From assembly GCA_963783385.1 (NCBI GenBank), contig CAWANJ010000009.1, forward strand, positions 211,976 through 275,975: a DNA stretch of 64,000 nucleotides, written 5' to 3'. Below are positions 26,276 to 38,101 of this stretch, piece after piece. The DNA comes from an uncultured Gemmatimonadales bacterium. Lineage in GTDB: Bacteria; Gemmatimonadota; Gemmatimonadetes; Palauibacterales; Palauibacteraceae. The notes under the pieces are model-generated. The model saw only the letters and a list, made by a program, of their open reading frames with translations. It had not been told where the DNA came from and searched no databases. Numbering within the stretch: the stretch's first letter is position 1; every line of letters starts with the position of its first letter. Both the position numbers and the translations under genes were made by a program.

Positions 26276-29200
26276 GTGGCATCCGAGGGGGAGTGGTACC
26301 GTGACGCGGTCCTGTACGAGGTGCCCGTGCGTGCCTTCCGGGACAGCGATGGGGATGGCATCGGCGACTTTCGGGGGCTGACGTCGCGGCTCGGGTACCT
26401 CGAGGAGCTCGGAGTGACCGCCCTGTGGATCCTGCCCTTCTATCCGTCACCGCTCCGGGACAATGGGTACGACATCGCGGACTACCGGGACGTGCACCCG
26501 GACTACGGCACCCTGGACGACTTCCGCACCTTCCTCGGGGAGGCGCACCGGCGCGGCCTGCGGGTGGTCACCGAGCTCGTCATGAACCACACGTCCGACC
26601 GGCACGCCTGGTTCGAGCGTGCGCGGCACGCGCCTCCGGGGAGCCCGGAGCGCGAGTTCTACGTATGGAGCGACACCCCGGACCGCTATGCCGAGGCCCG
26701 CATCATCTTCCAGGACTTCGAGGACTCGAACTGGAGCTGGGACCCCGTGGCCGGGGCCTACTACTGGCACCGGTTCTATTCGCACCAGCCGGACCTGAAC
26801 TTCGACAATCCCCGGGTGCGGGAGGAGATCCTCGGGGTGATGGACTTCTGGTTCGGGATGGGGGTGGATGGCATGCGACTCGACGCGGTCCCCTACCTGT
26901 TCGAGCGCGAGGGCACGAACTGCGAGAACCTACCGGAAACGCACGCGTTCCTGCGTGACCTCCGCCGACACGTGGACGAGCGCTTCCCCGGTCGCATGCT
27001 TCTCGCCGAGGCCAACCAGTGGCCCGAGGACGCCGTGGCCTACTTCGGGGACGGCGACGAGTGCCACATGGCCTTCCACTTCCCGCTCATGCCGCGGCTG
27101 TTCATGGGGATCCGGATGGAAGACCGGTTCCCGATCGAGGACATCCTCGAGCAGACCCCCCGGATCCCGGAGTCCGCCCAGTGGGCGGTCTTCCTCCGTA
27201 ACCACGATGAGCTCACGCTCGAGATGGTCACGGACGAGGAGCGGGACTACATGTACCGCGTATACGCCAGCCAGCGGCGGGCCCGCATCAACCTGGGCAT
27301 CCGTCGGCGCCTGGCACCGCTGCTGAGCAACAACCGCCGCAAGATCGAGCTGATGTACGGCCTGCTCCTCTCCCTGCCGGGGAGCCCGGTCCTCTACTAC
27401 GGGGACGAGATCGGCATGGGCGACAACATCTACCTGGGGGACCGCAACGGAGTGCGCACGCCCATGCAGTGGAGCGGCAACCGCAACGCCGGCTTCTCCG
27501 ATGCCAATCCCCAGCGGCTCTACCTTCCCGTCATCTCCGACCCGGAATACCGGTACGAGGCCGTCAACGTGGAGTCGCAGGAGCACAACCCGAGCTCCCT
27601 CCTGTGGTGGGTCCGCCGCCTGGTGAACCTGCGCCGACGGCATCCCGCCTTCGGCCGGGGCGGGCTCACGACCGTGGATTCCGGGAACCCCAAGGTGCTC
27701 GCTTTCTCGCGGGAGTACGACGGCGAGCGGCTCCTGGTGGCAGCCAACCTCTCCCGCTTCGCCCAGCAGGCGGCCATCGACCTGTCGGCCGAGGAGGGCC
27801 GGGTCCCGGTCGAGTTGTTCGGGGGCTCGCCGTTTCCGCGGATCGACGGCCGACCCTACCCCCTGACCCTGGGTCCGCACGCCTTCTACTGGTTCGTGCT
27901 GCAGTCGACGGACGAGACGACACGGGTCGAGCCGGGACCCGAAGATGGTGGGCTGCGCGAGCCCCTGCCGCCCTCGGCGTCCGCGGGCGCGAGGGCACCC
28001 GTCGTGGCGGCCCCGACCGGAGAGGAGCTGCTGCGCGGTGGCGGCCGGCCCGGTCTCGAGATCGTCCTACCCGGCTTCGTGGAGGCGTGTCGTTGGTTCG
28101 GAGGCAAGGGGGGGCGCGTCCGAGCGGTCCGGATCGTCGAGTCGATCCCCCTGGATTCCGGGGAAGGCGCCGCGCTGGCCCTGGTGGTCGCGGAGGTGGA
28201 CACCGACGAGGAGGAGGGCGAGCGCTACCTCCTCCCGCTACAGGTGTCCGTGGGGGAGGAGGCCGGGGCGGTGCGATCCGAGCGCCCCGAGGCCATCGTG
28301 GCGGAAGCGCGGGTGGATGGCACCGACGGCGTGGTGCTGGACGCGCTCGCCTCGCCGCCGGCCTGCGCGCGGCTCCTGGACCTCATCCGGACGGAAGGAA
28401 GGCGCGCCGGCCGGCGGGGCGTCCTGGAGGGCCTGAGACTTCCAGCCTTCGCCGGGCTGGATGGCGAGGGCCCGCCCCCCGAGGGCCGAGTCCTGTCCAC
28501 GGAACAGAGCAACAGCTCGGTCCGCTACGGCGACCGCTTCCTGCTCAAGCTGTTCCGGCACGTGGAGGAAGGCGTCAATCCGGACCTGGAGGTGTCACGG
28601 TTCCTGTCGGAGCACGGCTTCCGCCACGCCCCGCCGGCGGCTGGCGCCCTCGTGTACCGTAGGACCGAAGGCGAGGAGGCCACGGTGGCCTTCCTGGCGG
28701 GGTTCGTGGAGAGTCGGGGAGACGCGTGGACGTACACGCTCGAATCCCTGGGGCGCTTCTTCGAGCGGGTGCTGGCCGACGGACGTCACGAGCCCGAGGA
28801 TGCGCCGTACCAGGCTCGGGCACTGCTGGCGCTCGCCGACGCCGAGGTGCCGGTCCGCGAGCAGGAGTGGATCGGCGCCTACCTCGAGTCCGCCCGGCTG
28901 CTGGGCCGTCGGACGGCCGAACTGCACGCGATCCTGGCTTCGGACCCGGCCGACCCGGACTTTGCGCCGGAGCCGTTCTCGGCCCTCTACCGGCGATCCC
29001 TGTACCAGTCCGCCCGCAACCTCGTGGGCCGCACCTTCCGAAGCCTGGGTCACCGCGCGGGCAGCCTGCCCGAGGAGGCCGGGCGGCAGGCCCTCCGACT
29101 CCGGGGCAAGCGGGACGTGCTCCTGGAGCGCTTCCGCGGGCTCACCGAGCGACGGATCGACGCCACCCGGATCCGCTGCCACGGCGATTACCACCTGGGG

Positions 29201-29665
29201 CAGGTGCTGAGCACGGGCAAGGACTTCGTCATCCTGGACTTCGAGGGGGAGCCTGCCCGACCGGTGGGAACGCGCAGGATCAAGCGGTCCGCTCTCACCG
29301 ATGTGGCCGGCATGCTGCGGTCGTTGCACTACGCCGGCCACGCGGCCCTCCGGCGGGCCGATGCCACCGGACTGGCGGGAGCCGGCACCCGGGACCGGCT
29401 GCTCCCGTGGGCGAGCTTCTGGACTTCGCGCGTGGGCGCCGCCTTCCTGGGAGCCTATCTCACCAGCTTGGGCGAGGCGGCCTTCCTGCCGACCGACGTG
29501 GCGGACACGGCCTGGCTCCTCGATCTCCACATGCTCGAGAAGGCCGTGTACGAGCTGGGCTACGAGCTGTCCCATCGCCCGGACTGGGTGCCGATTCCGG
29601 TCGAGGGAATCCTGGACCTGCTGGACGCGGGCGAGACGTCCGCGAGCGGAACACGGAAGGGGTGA
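26276..29665 (+). CDS. treS: Trehalose synthase TreS fused to maltokinase (Mak/Pep2)
   Basis: GH13_16 motifs [14 protein letters not shown] and RNHDEL; C-terminal kinase motifs [25 protein letters not shown] and YELGYEL. Confidence 0.96.
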   Translation: MASEGEWYRDAVLYEVPVRAFRDSDGDGIGDFRGLTSRLGYLEELGVTALWILPFYPSPLRDNGYDIADYRDVHPDYGTLDDFRTFLGEAHRRGLRVVTELVMNHTSDRHAWFERARHAPPGSPEREFYVWSDTPDRYAEARIIFQDFEDSNWSWDPVAGAYYWHRFYSHQPDLNFDNPRVREEILGVMDFWFGMGVDGMRLDAVPYLFEREGTNCENLPETHAFLRDLRRHVDERFPGRMLLAEANQWPEDAVAYFGDGDECHMAFHFPLMPRLFMGIRMEDRFPIEDILEQTPRIPESAQWAVFLRNHDELTLEMVTDEERDYMYRVYASQRRARINLGIRRRLAPLLSNNRRKIELMYGLLLSLPGSPVLYYGDEIGMGDNIYLGDRNGVRTPMQWSGNRNAGFSDANPQRLYLPVISDPEYRYEAVNVESQEHNPSSLLWWVRRLVNLRRRHPAFGRGGLTTVDSGNPKVLAFSREYDGERLLVAANLSRFAQQAAIDLSAEEGRVPVELFGGSPFPRIDGRPYPLTLGPHAFYWFVLQSTDETTRVEPGPEDGGLREPLPPSASAGARAPVVAAPTGEELLRGGGRPGLEIVLPGFVEACRWFGGKGGRVRAVRIVESIPLDSGEGAALALVVAEVDTDEEEGERYLLPLQVSVGEEAGAVRSERPEAIVAEARVDGTDGVVLDALASPPACARLLDLIRTEGRRAGRRGVLEGLRLPAFAGLDGEGPPPEGRVLSTEQSNSSVRYGDRFLLKLFRHVEEGVNPDLEVSRFLSEHGFRHAPPAAGALVYRRTEGEEATVAFLAGFVESRGDAWTYTLESLGRFFERVLADGRHEPEDAPYQARALLALADAEVPVREQEWIGAYLESARLLGRRTAELHAILASDPADPDFAPEPFSALYRRSLYQSARNLVGRTFRSLGHRAGSLPEEAGRQALRLRGKRDVLLERFRGLTERRIDATRIRCHGDYHLGQVLSTGKDFVILDFEGEPARPVGTRRIKRSALTDVAGMLRSLHYAGHAALRRADATGLAGAGTRDRLLPWASFWTSRVGAAFLGAYLTSLGEAAFLPTDVADTAWLLDLHMLEKAVYELGYELSHRPDWVPIPVEGILDLLDAGETSASGTRKG

Positions 29666-29681
29666 AGGAGGTGCAACCGGG

Positions 29682-31937
29682 GTGAGCTCGCGCATGCGGG
29701 GGGTGGGGACACGGCTGGCCGAGCTGTGCAGGCTGTACGGGGTCGTCGTCGACTACCGGGACGTCGCCGGTCGGAGCTGCCGACCGCCGCGGGAGTCCCT
29801 GTGGGCGGTGCTGCGCGGCCTCGGCGCCCGGCTGCCGGCCGGGCGCGCCCCCGGGGAGGCCGAGGTGCGCGACGCGCTGCGCGTGCGACGCCGGGAGCTG
29901 GCCGAGCGGCCGATGCCCCCCGTCGTGGTGGCGTGGGACGGTCGCCTTCCATGCCTCCGCCTGCGCGTGCCCGATGACCCGTTCCCGGCGCCGCTGGCTC
30001 TCCACGTGGAGCTTGCGGGGGGCGAGGAGCGCCGCATCGAGGTCGCGGGCGGCGGGCCGGTCATCGGTCGCCGGGAGGTGGAGGGACGCCGGCTCGCGGT
30101 TCGGCACGTCCGCCCGGAGCGAGATGGAGACGCCCCTCTCCCACCGGGGCTCCACGGCCTTAGGGTCGCGGCGGCATCCGGGAACGGGTCCGGACCCGAG
30201 ATCGCCCGGGCGCCGCTGGTCAGCGCTCCTTCCCGCACGTGGCCGGTCGTCGGCGGCGCGGCCGTCGGCGCGGATCCGGCGGCGTGGGCCGTCTTCCTCC
30301 CGCTGTACGCGTTGCGTGCCCGGGGAACGGCCGGGGTCGGCGACTACGGCGCGCTGGCGCGACTGGGCGGCTGGGCGGCTCGCCGCGGCGCCTCGCGCCT
30401 GGCCACCCTTCCGCTCCTTCCCCTGTTCCTCGACGAACCGTTCGACCCGAGCCCGTACGCCCCGGTGAGCCGCCTGTTCTGGACCGAGCTCTACCTGGAC
30501 CTGGAGGATGCCTGCGACCGGGCCGACTCGCGCGCTGCCCGGGACCTGCTGCGGTCCGACGGCTTCGCCCGCCGCCGGGCGGCGCTCGAGTCACGCGTGG
30601 ATGTGGACTACCGGGCGGCCGCCGCCCTGCGCCGCGATCTCCTGGATCGGGTGATGACGGAGCCGGGTGGGGTGCGGGGGCTGTCTGAGCGGGTTCCCGC
30701 CCTGGGCCGCTTCCTACGGGAGCGCCGCGGAGCCGCGGACTTCGCGGCCTTCCTGGCGGCGTGCGAGCGCCACCGCGCTCCATGGCGAGGCTGGCCGACA
30801 CCGGCGCGCGATGCTCCGCTGCGGCGCGAGGGCCTGGTGGCCGGGCGCGACTTCGACCCGGCGGCGCGGGACCGTCATCTGGTGGGTCAGTGGCTGGCCG
30901 TGGAGCAGGTCGACGCCGTGGTGGAACGCGGCCGGAGGGAGGGGTTCGGCCTGTTCCTGGACCTTCCGCTCTCGGTGCACCCGGACGGCTACGACGTGTG
31001 GCGCGAGCGCGAGCTGTTCGCGGAGGCGATGTCGGTGGGAGCGCCCCCCGACGCCTTCTTCGCGGAAGGACAGGACTGGGGCTTCCCGCCGCCCGTCCCG
31101 CACGCGATGCGCCGGTCGGGGTACGCCTACTTGCGCGCGAGCCTCGCGCACTCGATGGGTCCGGCCCGGGCGCTGCGGATCGATCACGTCATGGGCCTGC
31201 ACAGGCTGTTCTGGATTCCGCGAGGCGCGAAGCCGGAGGACGGGGTGTACGTGCGCTATCCGTCCCGGGAGCAATACGCCCTCCTCTCGCTCGCCTCGCA
31301 CCGTCATGGTGCCGAGGTGATCGGCGAGGACCTTGGCACCGTCCCGGAGGCCGTGCGTGGAGCGATGGATCGCCACGGGGTCGGACGTCTGTTCGTGGTG
31401 CCGTTCGAGCTGGATCCCGATCGGTCTCCGGTCCTGCGCGAGCCTCCGCCCGGATCGGTGGCCATGGTCGACACGCACGACACGTGGCCTTTCGCCGGCT
31501 GGTGGGACGGCGCGGACATCGAGGGCCGCGTGGGGCTCGGCATGCTGGATCCGTCGGAGGTCGACCGGGCCCTGGAGCGGCGGGCCCTGGAGCGGCGCGC
31601 CCTGGTCGACTGGCTTGCGGAGCGCGGGTTGATCGAAGCCGGCGAAGGGGCGACGCCGGGCGGCGTGCTGACCGCCTGCCTCGAGGCCCTTGGGCGGGCG
31701 GAGGCCGGCACCGTGGTGGCGAGCCTCGAGGATTTGTGGCTGGAGACGCGGCCTCAGAACATACCGGGTGCGCCCGGCGCGGCCCGGAGCTGGCGGCGGC
31801 GCGCGGGCGTCCCTCTCGAGGAGCTGGACGACCGCGTCGAGGTGACGGCGGCGCTGCGACGGCTGGCGAAGGCCCGGCGGCAGGCCCGGGACGCGAGGGA
31901 GCATGGGGAGTGGGACGAGGACGGGAGCAGACGATGA
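29682..31937 (+). CDS. malQ: 4-alpha-glucanotransferase (GH77 amylomaltase)
   Basis: [15 protein letters not shown]...[21 protein letters not shown] and DTHD motifs. Start is 29682 (GTG) or 29694 (ATG). Confidence 0.94.
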   Translation: MSSRMRGVGTRLAELCRLYGVVVDYRDVAGRSCRPPRESLWAVLRGLGARLPAGRAPGEAEVRDALRVRRRELAERPMPPVVVAWDGRLPCLRLRVPDDPFPAPLALHVELAGGEERRIEVAGGGPVIGRREVEGRRLAVRHVRPERDGDAPLPPGLHGLRVAAASGNGSGPEIARAPLVSAPSRTWPVVGGAAVGADPAAWAVFLPLYALRARGTAGVGDYGALARLGGWAARRGASRLATLPLLPLFLDEPFDPSPYAPVSRLFWTELYLDLEDACDRADSRAARDLLRSDGFARRRAALESRVDVDYRAAAALRRDLLDRVMTEPGGVRGLSERVPALGRFLRERRGAADFAAFLAACERHRAPWRGWPTPARDAPLRREGLVAGRDFDPAARDRHLVGQWLAVEQVDAVVERGRREGFGLFLDLPLSVHPDGYDVWRERELFAEAMSVGAPPDAFFAEGQDWGFPPPVPHAMRRSGYAYLRASLAHSMGPARALRIDHVMGLHRLFWIPRGAKPEDGVYVRYPSREQYALLSLASHRHGAEVIGEDLGTVPEAVRGAMDRHGVGRLFVVPFELDPDRSPVLREPPPGSVAMVDTHDTWPFAGWWDGADIEGRVGLGMLDPSEVDRALERRALERRALVDWLAERGLIEAGEGATPGGVLTACLEALGRAEAGTVVASLEDLWLETRPQNIPGAPGAARSWRRRAGVPLEELDDRVEVTAALRRLAKARRQARDAREHGEWDEDGSRR

Positions 31938-33847
31938 CGGACGCGGTCGCCGCGGGAGGTCTCACGGACCGGGACATGTACCTGTTCAACGAGGGCACGC
32001 ACGTCCGGCTCTGGGAGAGGCTCGGCGCCCACCTCGCCGAGTCGGGAGGAGCCGAGGGCGTGCGCTTCGCGGTGTGGGCTCCCAACGCCGAGCGAGTGAC
32101 CGTCGTCGGCTCCTTCAACGAATGGGACGAGGAGGCCGATCCCCTGCGGACGCGGGGCTCCTCGGGCATCTGGGAGGGCTTCGTTCCGGGCGCCGGGCGC
32201 GGCGACCTGTACAAGTACCGGATCCACTCCCGCGAAGCGGGCTACGTGGTGGACAAGGCCGATCCCGTCGGGTTCCGGCACGAGACGCCTCCGCGGACGG
32301 CTTCGGTCGTCTGGGACCTGGACTACGACTGGGCGGACGGGGCGTGGATGCGCGGCCGCGGAGGGCGCCTGGGCCGGGACGCACCCGTCTCGGTGTACGA
32401 GGTCCACCTGGGCTCGTGGAGACGCGTGCCAGAGGAGGGCGGCCGCAGCCTGGGCTACCGTGAGATCGCGCCGCTCCTGGCCGACCACGTCGAGCGCATG
32501 GGCTTCACCCACGTGGAGCTGCTGCCCGTCATGGAGCACCCCTTCTACGGCTCCTGGGGCTACCAGACCACCGGTTACTTCGCTCCCACGTCGCGCTGGG
32601 GCTCCCCCCAGGACTTCATGGCGCTGATCGACCACCTGCACCAGCGCGGGATCGGCGTGATCCTGGACTGGGTGCCTTCCCACTTTCCCGGCGACGAGCA
32701 CGGGCTCGGCTTCTTCGACGGAACGTACCTGTACGAGCACGCGGACCCCCGCCGGAGGATCCACCCGGACTGGGACAGCCTCATCTTCAACTACGGCCGG
32801 CACGAGGTGCGAAGCTTCCTGCTGTCGAGCGCGATGTTCTGGCTGGACGTCTATCACGCGGACGGCCTGCGCGTGGACGCCGTGGCCTCGATGCTCTACC
32901 TGGATTACTCGCGGGGGAACGGGGAGTGGACCCCCAATGTCGAGGGTGGCCGGGAGGACCTCGAAGCGATCGACTTCCTGCGCCGGCTCAACACGGCGGT
33001 GTACGCGGCCAGGCCCGCCGTACAGACCATCGCGGAGGAGTCGACCGCCTTCCCGGGTGTGTCACGCCCGGTGCACGAGGGCGGCCTCGGGTTCGGCTAC
33101 AAGTGGGACATGGGCTGGATGCACGACACGCTGCAGTACATGGCGCGTGAGCCGGTGCACCGGAAGTACCACCACGACGAGCTCACCTTCCATTCCCTGT
33201 ACGCCTTCTCCGAGAACTTCGTCCTGCCCCTCTCGCACGACGAGGTGGTGCACGGGAAGCGCTCGCTCCTGGACCGGATGCCCGGCGACCCGTGGCAGAA
33301 GTTCGCCAACCTCCGGCTCCTGTTCGGCTGGATGTTCGCGCAGCCGGGGAAGAAGCTCCTGTTCATGGGCTCGGAGCTGGCGCCCTGGGGCGAATGGAGC
33401 CACGAGGGGAGCCTGGACTGGCATCTGCTGGACGAGGGTGCGCACGGGGGCGTGCGCCGCTGGGTGGAGAGCCTGAACCGGCTGTACCGGGAGCGGCGCG
33501 CCCTCCACGCCCTGGACTGCGAGCCGGACGGGTTCGAGTGGATCGACGGTGGCGACCGGGAGAACAGCGTGGTGAGCTTCCTGCGCCTGGGCGGACCCGG
33601 AACCCGGCCCGTGCTCGTGGCGGCCAATTTCACCCCCGTGCCACGCGAGGCCTACCGCGTGGGCGTGCCGGGGGAGGGCTCCTGGAGGGTCGTGGCCGAC
33701 AGCGATGCAGCCGAATTCGGAGGCAGCGGGGCGGGGTCGGCGGGCGTGATCGGGGCCGAGCCGATGGAGCGTCACGGCCGGGATCACTCGCTCTCCCTGG
33801 CTCTTCCGCCCCTCGGCATCCTCTTCCTGGTCCGCGAGGACGCGTGA
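31934..33847 (+). CDS. glgB: 1,4-alpha-glucan branching enzyme (GH13_9, short form)
   Basis: [33 protein letters not shown] and [10 protein letters not shown] motifs; ATGA overlap with malQ. Confidence 0.96.
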   Translation: MTDAVAAGGLTDRDMYLFNEGTHVRLWERLGAHLAESGGAEGVRFAVWAPNAERVTVVGSFNEWDEEADPLRTRGSSGIWEGFVPGAGRGDLYKYRIHSREAGYVVDKADPVGFRHETPPRTASVVWDLDYDWADGAWMRGRGGRLGRDAPVSVYEVHLGSWRRVPEEGGRSLGYREIAPLLADHVERMGFTHVELLPVMEHPFYGSWGYQTTGYFAPTSRWGSPQDFMALIDHLHQRGIGVILDWVPSHFPGDEHGLGFFDGTYLYEHADPRRRIHPDWDSLIFNYGRHEVRSFLLSSAMFWLDVYHADGLRVDAVASMLYLDYSRGNGEWTPNVEGGREDLEAIDFLRRLNTAVYAARPAVQTIAEESTAFPGVSRPVHEGGLGFGYKWDMGWMHDTLQYMAREPVHRKYHHDELTFHSLYAFSENFVLPLSHDEVVHGKRSLLDRMPGDPWQKFANLRLLFGWMFAQPGKKLLFMGSELAPWGEWSHEGSLDWHLLDEGAHGGVRRWVESLNRLYRERRALHALDCEPDGFEWIDGGDRENSVVSFLRLGGPGTRPVLVAANFTPVPREAYRVGVPGEGSWRVVADSDAAEFGGSGAGSAGVIGAEPMERHGRDHSLSLALPPLGILFLVREDA

Positions 33848-36279
33848 ACCGATACGTCTGCGTCCATGGCCACTTCTACCAGCCGCCCCGCGAGAACCCG
33901 TGGCTGGAAGCGGTCGAGCGGCAACCCACGGCGGCGCCCTTCCACGACTGGAACGAGCGCGTGACCGCCGAGTGCTACGGACCCAACGCCACGGCGCGGC
34001 TCCTGGACGACCAGGGCCGCATCCGGAGCATCTCGAACAACTACTCGCGCATGAGCTTCAACGTGGGCCCGACCCTCATGGCGTGGCTCGAGGGGAGTGC
34101 CCCCGGCGTGTACGAGGCGATCCTGCGGGCCGACGAAGCCAGCCGGGGTCGGTTCTCGGGTCACGGGTCGGCCCTGGCGCAGGCCTACAACCACATGATC
34201 ATGCCGATGGCCGCGGCACGGGATCGCCGCACCCAGGTCCGGTGGGGGATCCGGGACTTCGAGCGACGGTTCGGGAGGTCACCGGAGGGCATGTGGCTCC
34301 CCGAGACCGCGGTGAACCTGGATTCCCTGGAAGCCCTGGCCGCGGAGGGGATCCGGTTCACCATCCTGGCGCCCCATCAGGCTCGGCGCGTGCGGCCCCT
34401 GGCGGGAGGGGAGTGGCGGAGCGTCGACGAGCGCAGCCTGGATACGGGCCGGGCCTACCTGCAGAAGCTGCCGTCCGGCCGGTCGATCGCCCTGTTCTTC
34501 TACCACGGCGCCCTGGCACGGGGCGTGGCGTTTGAGGATTGGCTCGAGAGCGGCGCCGGCTTTGCCTCGAGACTGCTCGAGGTCGCGCGGGCGGCCGGGT
34601 GGGGCGAGGTGCGCCTGGCCCACCTGGCCGCGGACGGAGAGACGTACGGACACCACCATCGCTTCGGGGAGATGGCGCTGGCCGCCGCCCTCGCGCGCGT
34701 CGAGGCCGCGGACGATGTCCGGCTCACCAACTACGGGGAGTTCCTCGAGCGGCACCCCCCGGAGCACGAGGTCGAGATCGCCGAGGACACTTCCTGGAGC
34801 TGCGTGCACGGGATCGAGCGCTGGCGCTCCGACTGCGGCTGCCACAGCGGCGGGGAAGCCGGCTGGAGCCAGGCGTGGCGCGCACCCCTCCGGCTCGCCA
34901 TGGACGACCTGCGGGACGCCCTGGCGCCCCGGTTCGAGTCCGAGGGAGGCCGCGTGCTCGGGGACCCGTGGGCGGCCCGGGACGCCTACGTGGACGTCGT
35001 CCTGGACCGCGACCCGGAGAACGTGGCCGCCTTCCTGGGCCGGCACGGACGCGCGGACGCGCACCCGGAGGATGGCCACGTCCAGGCCCAGGCCCTTCGG
35101 CTGCTCGAGATGCAACGGCACCTGCAGCTCATGTACACGAGCTGCGGCTGGTTCTTCAACGACCTCGCCGGGATCGAGACCGTCCAGGTGCTCGCCTATG
35201 CGGGGCGGGCCCTCGAGCTGGCGGAACGGGCGCTGGGGGACGTGGGACCCGTTCGTCGGCGGTTCCTCGCCACCCTGTCCACGGCGCGCAGCAACCGGAA
35301 AGACATTGGAGACGGAGCCGCGTTGTGGGAGCGCGAGGTCCGGGCCCGGGCGGCGGACCTGGAGGATGCGGCGACGCACTGGGCCGTACGGACCCTGCTG
35401 GAAGGCCGTCCCGGTCGGGGCCGGTTCTACGCCTGGGACGTCGACGCGCGCGAGGAGCGCCGCACGACCTCCGGCCAGGGGGTACTGGTCCTCGGAACGG
35501 CCTCGGTGCGCTCGCGGACCACGCTCGAGACCCGGTCGCTGCGCTGGAGCGCGCTCCGAGTCGGCGAGCTGTCGGTGACGGCGGGGGTGGGAGCGGACGC
35601 AGCTCTCACCGGGGGAGGGCGCCGGGCCGGCGCGCTGACCGCGGCCGTGGAGGAGGGCGACCTGGCGGCCGCGCTCCGGCTGCTCGAGGAGGACTACGGC
35701 CACGCGGTCCGGTCCCTGCGCACCCTGTGGCCGGAGGAGCGCCGCCGTGCGCTGGAGCTCGTCTCGGAGCGGGCGCTGGAGAGCACGTCCGAGGCGGCCC
35801 GCCTTCTGTACGAGCGCCGGGCTCCGCTGCTGCGTGCGCTGACGGAGGGCGGCATGCCGGTACCGGCCCTGTGGGAAGCGGCGGCGGGCTTCGTCCTGGA
35901 ACGCTCGCTGGACGACCTGCTGGCGAGCCCCTCGCCCGATGCGGATGGGGTACGCGCCGTCATGGAGCGCAGCGCCCGCTGCGGCGTCCGCCTGGACGAC
36001 ACGCGAGTCCGGCTCGCGGCGCGCGCCTCCCTGGAGGCGGCGGCCGACCGCTTCGCTCGGGATCCTGTGGCGGAGGGCCGACTCCGGGCGCTGCTGGACA
36101 CGCTCGAGTCGGTGCGAGCCCTGCCCTTCGAGGTCGGGCTCAGGCACGTGCAGGACCGCTGGTGGGAGGTGAGGGAGATGCTCGACGCGGGCGTCGCGGT
36201 GGCTCCCGACACCGGCTGGCGCGGGGCCTTCGCCCGGTTGGGGACGCTCCTCAAGTTCTCGGTGGACGGGTCCGCCTGA
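33844..36279 (+). CDS. GH57-family alpha-glucan-active enzyme with C-terminal DUF3536-like region
   Basis: [22 protein letters not shown] (nucleophile Glu), DGETYGHH (acid/base Asp), SWSC.HG.ERW and YTSCGWFF motifs; GTGA overlap with glgB. Confidence 0.9.
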   Translation: MNRYVCVHGHFYQPPRENPWLEAVERQPTAAPFHDWNERVTAECYGPNATARLLDDQGRIRSISNNYSRMSFNVGPTLMAWLEGSAPGVYEAILRADEASRGRFSGHGSALAQAYNHMIMPMAAARDRRTQVRWGIRDFERRFGRSPEGMWLPETAVNLDSLEALAAEGIRFTILAPHQARRVRPLAGGEWRSVDERSLDTGRAYLQKLPSGRSIALFFYHGALARGVAFEDWLESGAGFASRLLEVARAAGWGEVRLAHLAADGETYGHHHRFGEMALAAALARVEAADDVRLTNYGEFLERHPPEHEVEIAEDTSWSCVHGIERWRSDCGCHSGGEAGWSQAWRAPLRLAMDDLRDALAPRFESEGGRVLGDPWAARDAYVDVVLDRDPENVAAFLGRHGRADAHPEDGHVQAQALRLLEMQRHLQLMYTSCGWFFNDLAGIETVQVLAYAGRALELAERALGDVGPVRRRFLATLSTARSNRKDIGDGAALWEREVRARAADLEDAATHWAVRTLLEGRPGRGRFYAWDVDAREERRTTSGQGVLVLGTASVRSRTTLETRSLRWSALRVGELSVTAGVGADAALTGGGRRAGALTAAVEEGDLAAALRLLEEDYGHAVRSLRTLWPEERRRALELVSERALESTSEAARLLYERRAPLLRALTEGGMPVPALWEAAAGFVLERSLDDLLASPSPDADGVRAVMERSARCGVRLDDTRVRLAARASLEAAADRFARDPVAEGRLRALLDTLESVRALPFEVGLRHVQDRWWEVREMLDAGVAVAPDTGWRGAFARLGTLLKFSVDGSA

Positions 36280-36306
36280 GGGGCGACGCCCGACCGGCCG
36301 GGGCGC

Positions 36307-36807
36307 TCAGTCGGCGCCGTCCCCTGTCCGCCGGAGCTTCGGCCCCACCACCCGGTTGATCGCGTCGAGCGTGGCCGATACCGCGGCCCGCGTGCGCTGC
36401 CCGACGGTCGCCGGTACGGCCCCGACCAGCTTGCGGCCTGGCTCGTCGGCCGTGCGCACCGCGATCAGGATGACGTCCGCGTCGAAGGCATGGAGGAGCT
36501 TGACCCCCACCAGCTCCAGCCAGTCGGGATCCTCGACCGCGGCGCTGGCGGCCGCCAGCGTGGCCTCGGCGGCCAGGCGGAGCTCCATGATGGGCGTCTC
36601 CAGTCCCTCCGCGTCTTCCTGGCGACGAACACCATCGAGCTCGACGCCGACCCGGATCCGGATCCTGGAGCCGGCCTCCGGGATGCGCTCCACGTCGACC
36701 ACGCGAAGGCGGGGCTCCGGGTCCACCGCCGCATCCCCTGCGTCGGGACCGCCGTCCCCGTCGGTCGGCTCGTGAGCGGCGTCGACCGCCTCGTTCTCGC
36801 TGTCCAT
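36307..36807 (-). CDS. Hypothetical protein (166 aa), possibly a stand-alone LeuA-dimerisation-like fold
   Basis: C-terminal part of ORF 36307..37989, starting MDSENE after an AGGAAG RBS. Ordered core ending LVGAVP...AAVSATLDAINR, with GC3-rich codons. Confidence 0.7.
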   Translation of the reverse strand: MDSENEAVDAAHEPTDGDGGPDAGDAAVDPEPRLRVVDVERIPEAGSRIRIRVGVELDGVRRQEDAEGLETPIMELRLAAEATLAAASAAVEDPDWLELVGVKLLHAFDADVILIAVRTADEPGRKLVGAVPATVGQRTRAAVSATLDAINRVVGPKLRRTGDGAD

Positions 36808-36857
36808 GCGCTTCCTCGTAGTCTGCTTGCGAACAGGGTTCGGATGGCCCTCCGTGC

Positions 36858-37562
36858 TCAGGGCACCCGCAGGACCAGGGCCCCGAGAACGGCGAGGTCG
36901 TTCTGGAGCCGGGCGTCCCCCGCGTCCGAGAAGCTGGTGACGTAGTCGCGGAGCTCGGCGCGCAGGCGCCACAGGCCCGGCAGCTTCAGGTACGTGCCCA
37001 CGAGTGCCTCGACCGCGAAGTCGCTGCGCGCGCTGGAGTCCGAGAGAACGACCGCGGGAGGCGTGCCGTTCACGACCGGGAGTGTCGTCGGCCCGGGGTG
37101 AGGGGTCAGCCTGCGTACCCCGAGCCCGGCCCCCACGAAGGGCTCGAGCAGGGAGCTCAGGATCGGCAGCGGCGGCCGGAACACGGCGTCCAGGCTGAGG
37201 GCCGACCAGTCGGCGTTCCCCTCGTGCGTGCCACCCGGGTCCTCCAGCGCGGCGTTCGGCGCCCACAGCGCCTGCGCTTCGACTCCGAGGCCGCCCACGA
37301 GCTGGAGGGCCGCGGTGACGCCGAGCGCCAGGCCGCCTCCCAGGCGAGTGGCGCCTCCGAGCACGTCCGGGCCGCGCGCCAGGTCGGTCCCCGGCTGGAG
37401 CGAACCGGCACCGGCGCTCAGCTCGAGACGGATCGGCGGAGCCAGCTGTGCGGACGCCCGGGCGGGCACCCACGCGGCGAGGCTCCCGAGGAGCGAGGCG
37501 GCGAGGATGCGGCCCGCGCGCCGCGCGGTTCGGGCCGGCACGTTCCTGTGCTGATGGCGCAC
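36858..37562 (-). CDS. Exported, probable outer-membrane beta-barrel protein
   Basis: Signal peptide (basic N-region, hydrophobic core, ASA-Q cleavage site), alternating amphipathic strands; AGGAG RBS before GTG. Confidence 0.65.
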   Translation of the reverse strand: MRHQHRNVPARTARRAGRILAASLLGSLAAWVPARASAQLAPPIRLELSAGAGSLQPGTDLARGPDVLGGATRLGGGLALGVTAALQLVGGLGVEAQALWAPNAALEDPGGTHEGNADWSALSLDAVFRPPLPILSSLLEPFVGAGLGVRRLTPHPGPTTLPVVNGTPPAVVLSDSSARSDFAVEALVGTYLKLPGLWRLRAELRDYVTSFSDAGDARLQNDLAVLGALVLRVP

Positions 37563-37638
37563 GTCGACTCCTGGTCATGAACCGGAGGGCCGCCGGGGCC
37601 GGGTTGCGGGCGGCGTGATGGCCCTGCAGCAATCTATC

Positions 37639-37672
37639 CGGGCCGGGAGGAAACTCGAAAGCGCCCGGCCCG
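37639..37672. other. Inverted repeat in the divergent OMP/HIT intergenic region
   Basis: CGGGCCGGG (37639-37647) pairs with CCCGGCCCG (37664-37672) around a purine-rich loop. Adjacent AATCTA (37631-37636) reads TAGATT, a -10-like box, on the minus strand. Confidence 0.4.
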
Positions 37673-37756
37673 CGGGTCCGCCCCGGGCGGCTGGCGAGGC
37701 GATCCCGTCCCCGGCTAGCTTGGGCCCGAGACGAGGCCCGTGGACAGGAAGGGTGC

Positions 37757-38101
37757 ATGGTCGAGGACTGCTTGTTCTGCAAGATCGCCAGCGGGGACAT
37801 CCCGGCCCAGGTCGTGGCCGAGTCGGATCGATGGCTCGCCTTCCGCGACATTGATCCGAAGGCGCCCGTCCACGTGCTGGTCATCCCGCGGGAGCATTTC
37901 GAGAGCCTCGACGAGCTCGAGGAGGGCCACCGCTCGCTGGCGGGCGAGCTGTTGCTGGCGGCGCAGCGGGTGGCCGAGCACGAGGGCATCGGGGGTGGTT
38001 ACCGTCTGGTCGCCAACACGGGTGCCGCTGCGGGTCAGACCGTCTTCCACCTGCACCTGCACGTGCTGGGCGGCCGGGCGATGCGGTGGCCGCCCGGTTG
38101 A
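37757..38101 (+). CDS. hinT: HIT-family nucleotide hydrolase (HinT-like)
   Basis: DCLFCKI, AFRDIDPKAPVHVLVIP and GQTVFHLHLHVLGGR motifs. Confidence 0.95.
   Translation: MVEDCLFCKIASGDIPAQVVAESDRWLAFRDIDPKAPVHVLVIPREHFESLDELEEGHRSLAGELLLAAQRVAEHEGIGGGYRLVANTGAAAGQTVFHLHLHVLGGRAMRWPPG

Noticed and set aside
8978-36306. Carbohydrate block as a mobile genomic island
   Set aside because: No integrase, transposase, tRNA target, flanking direct repeat or visible compositional shift.
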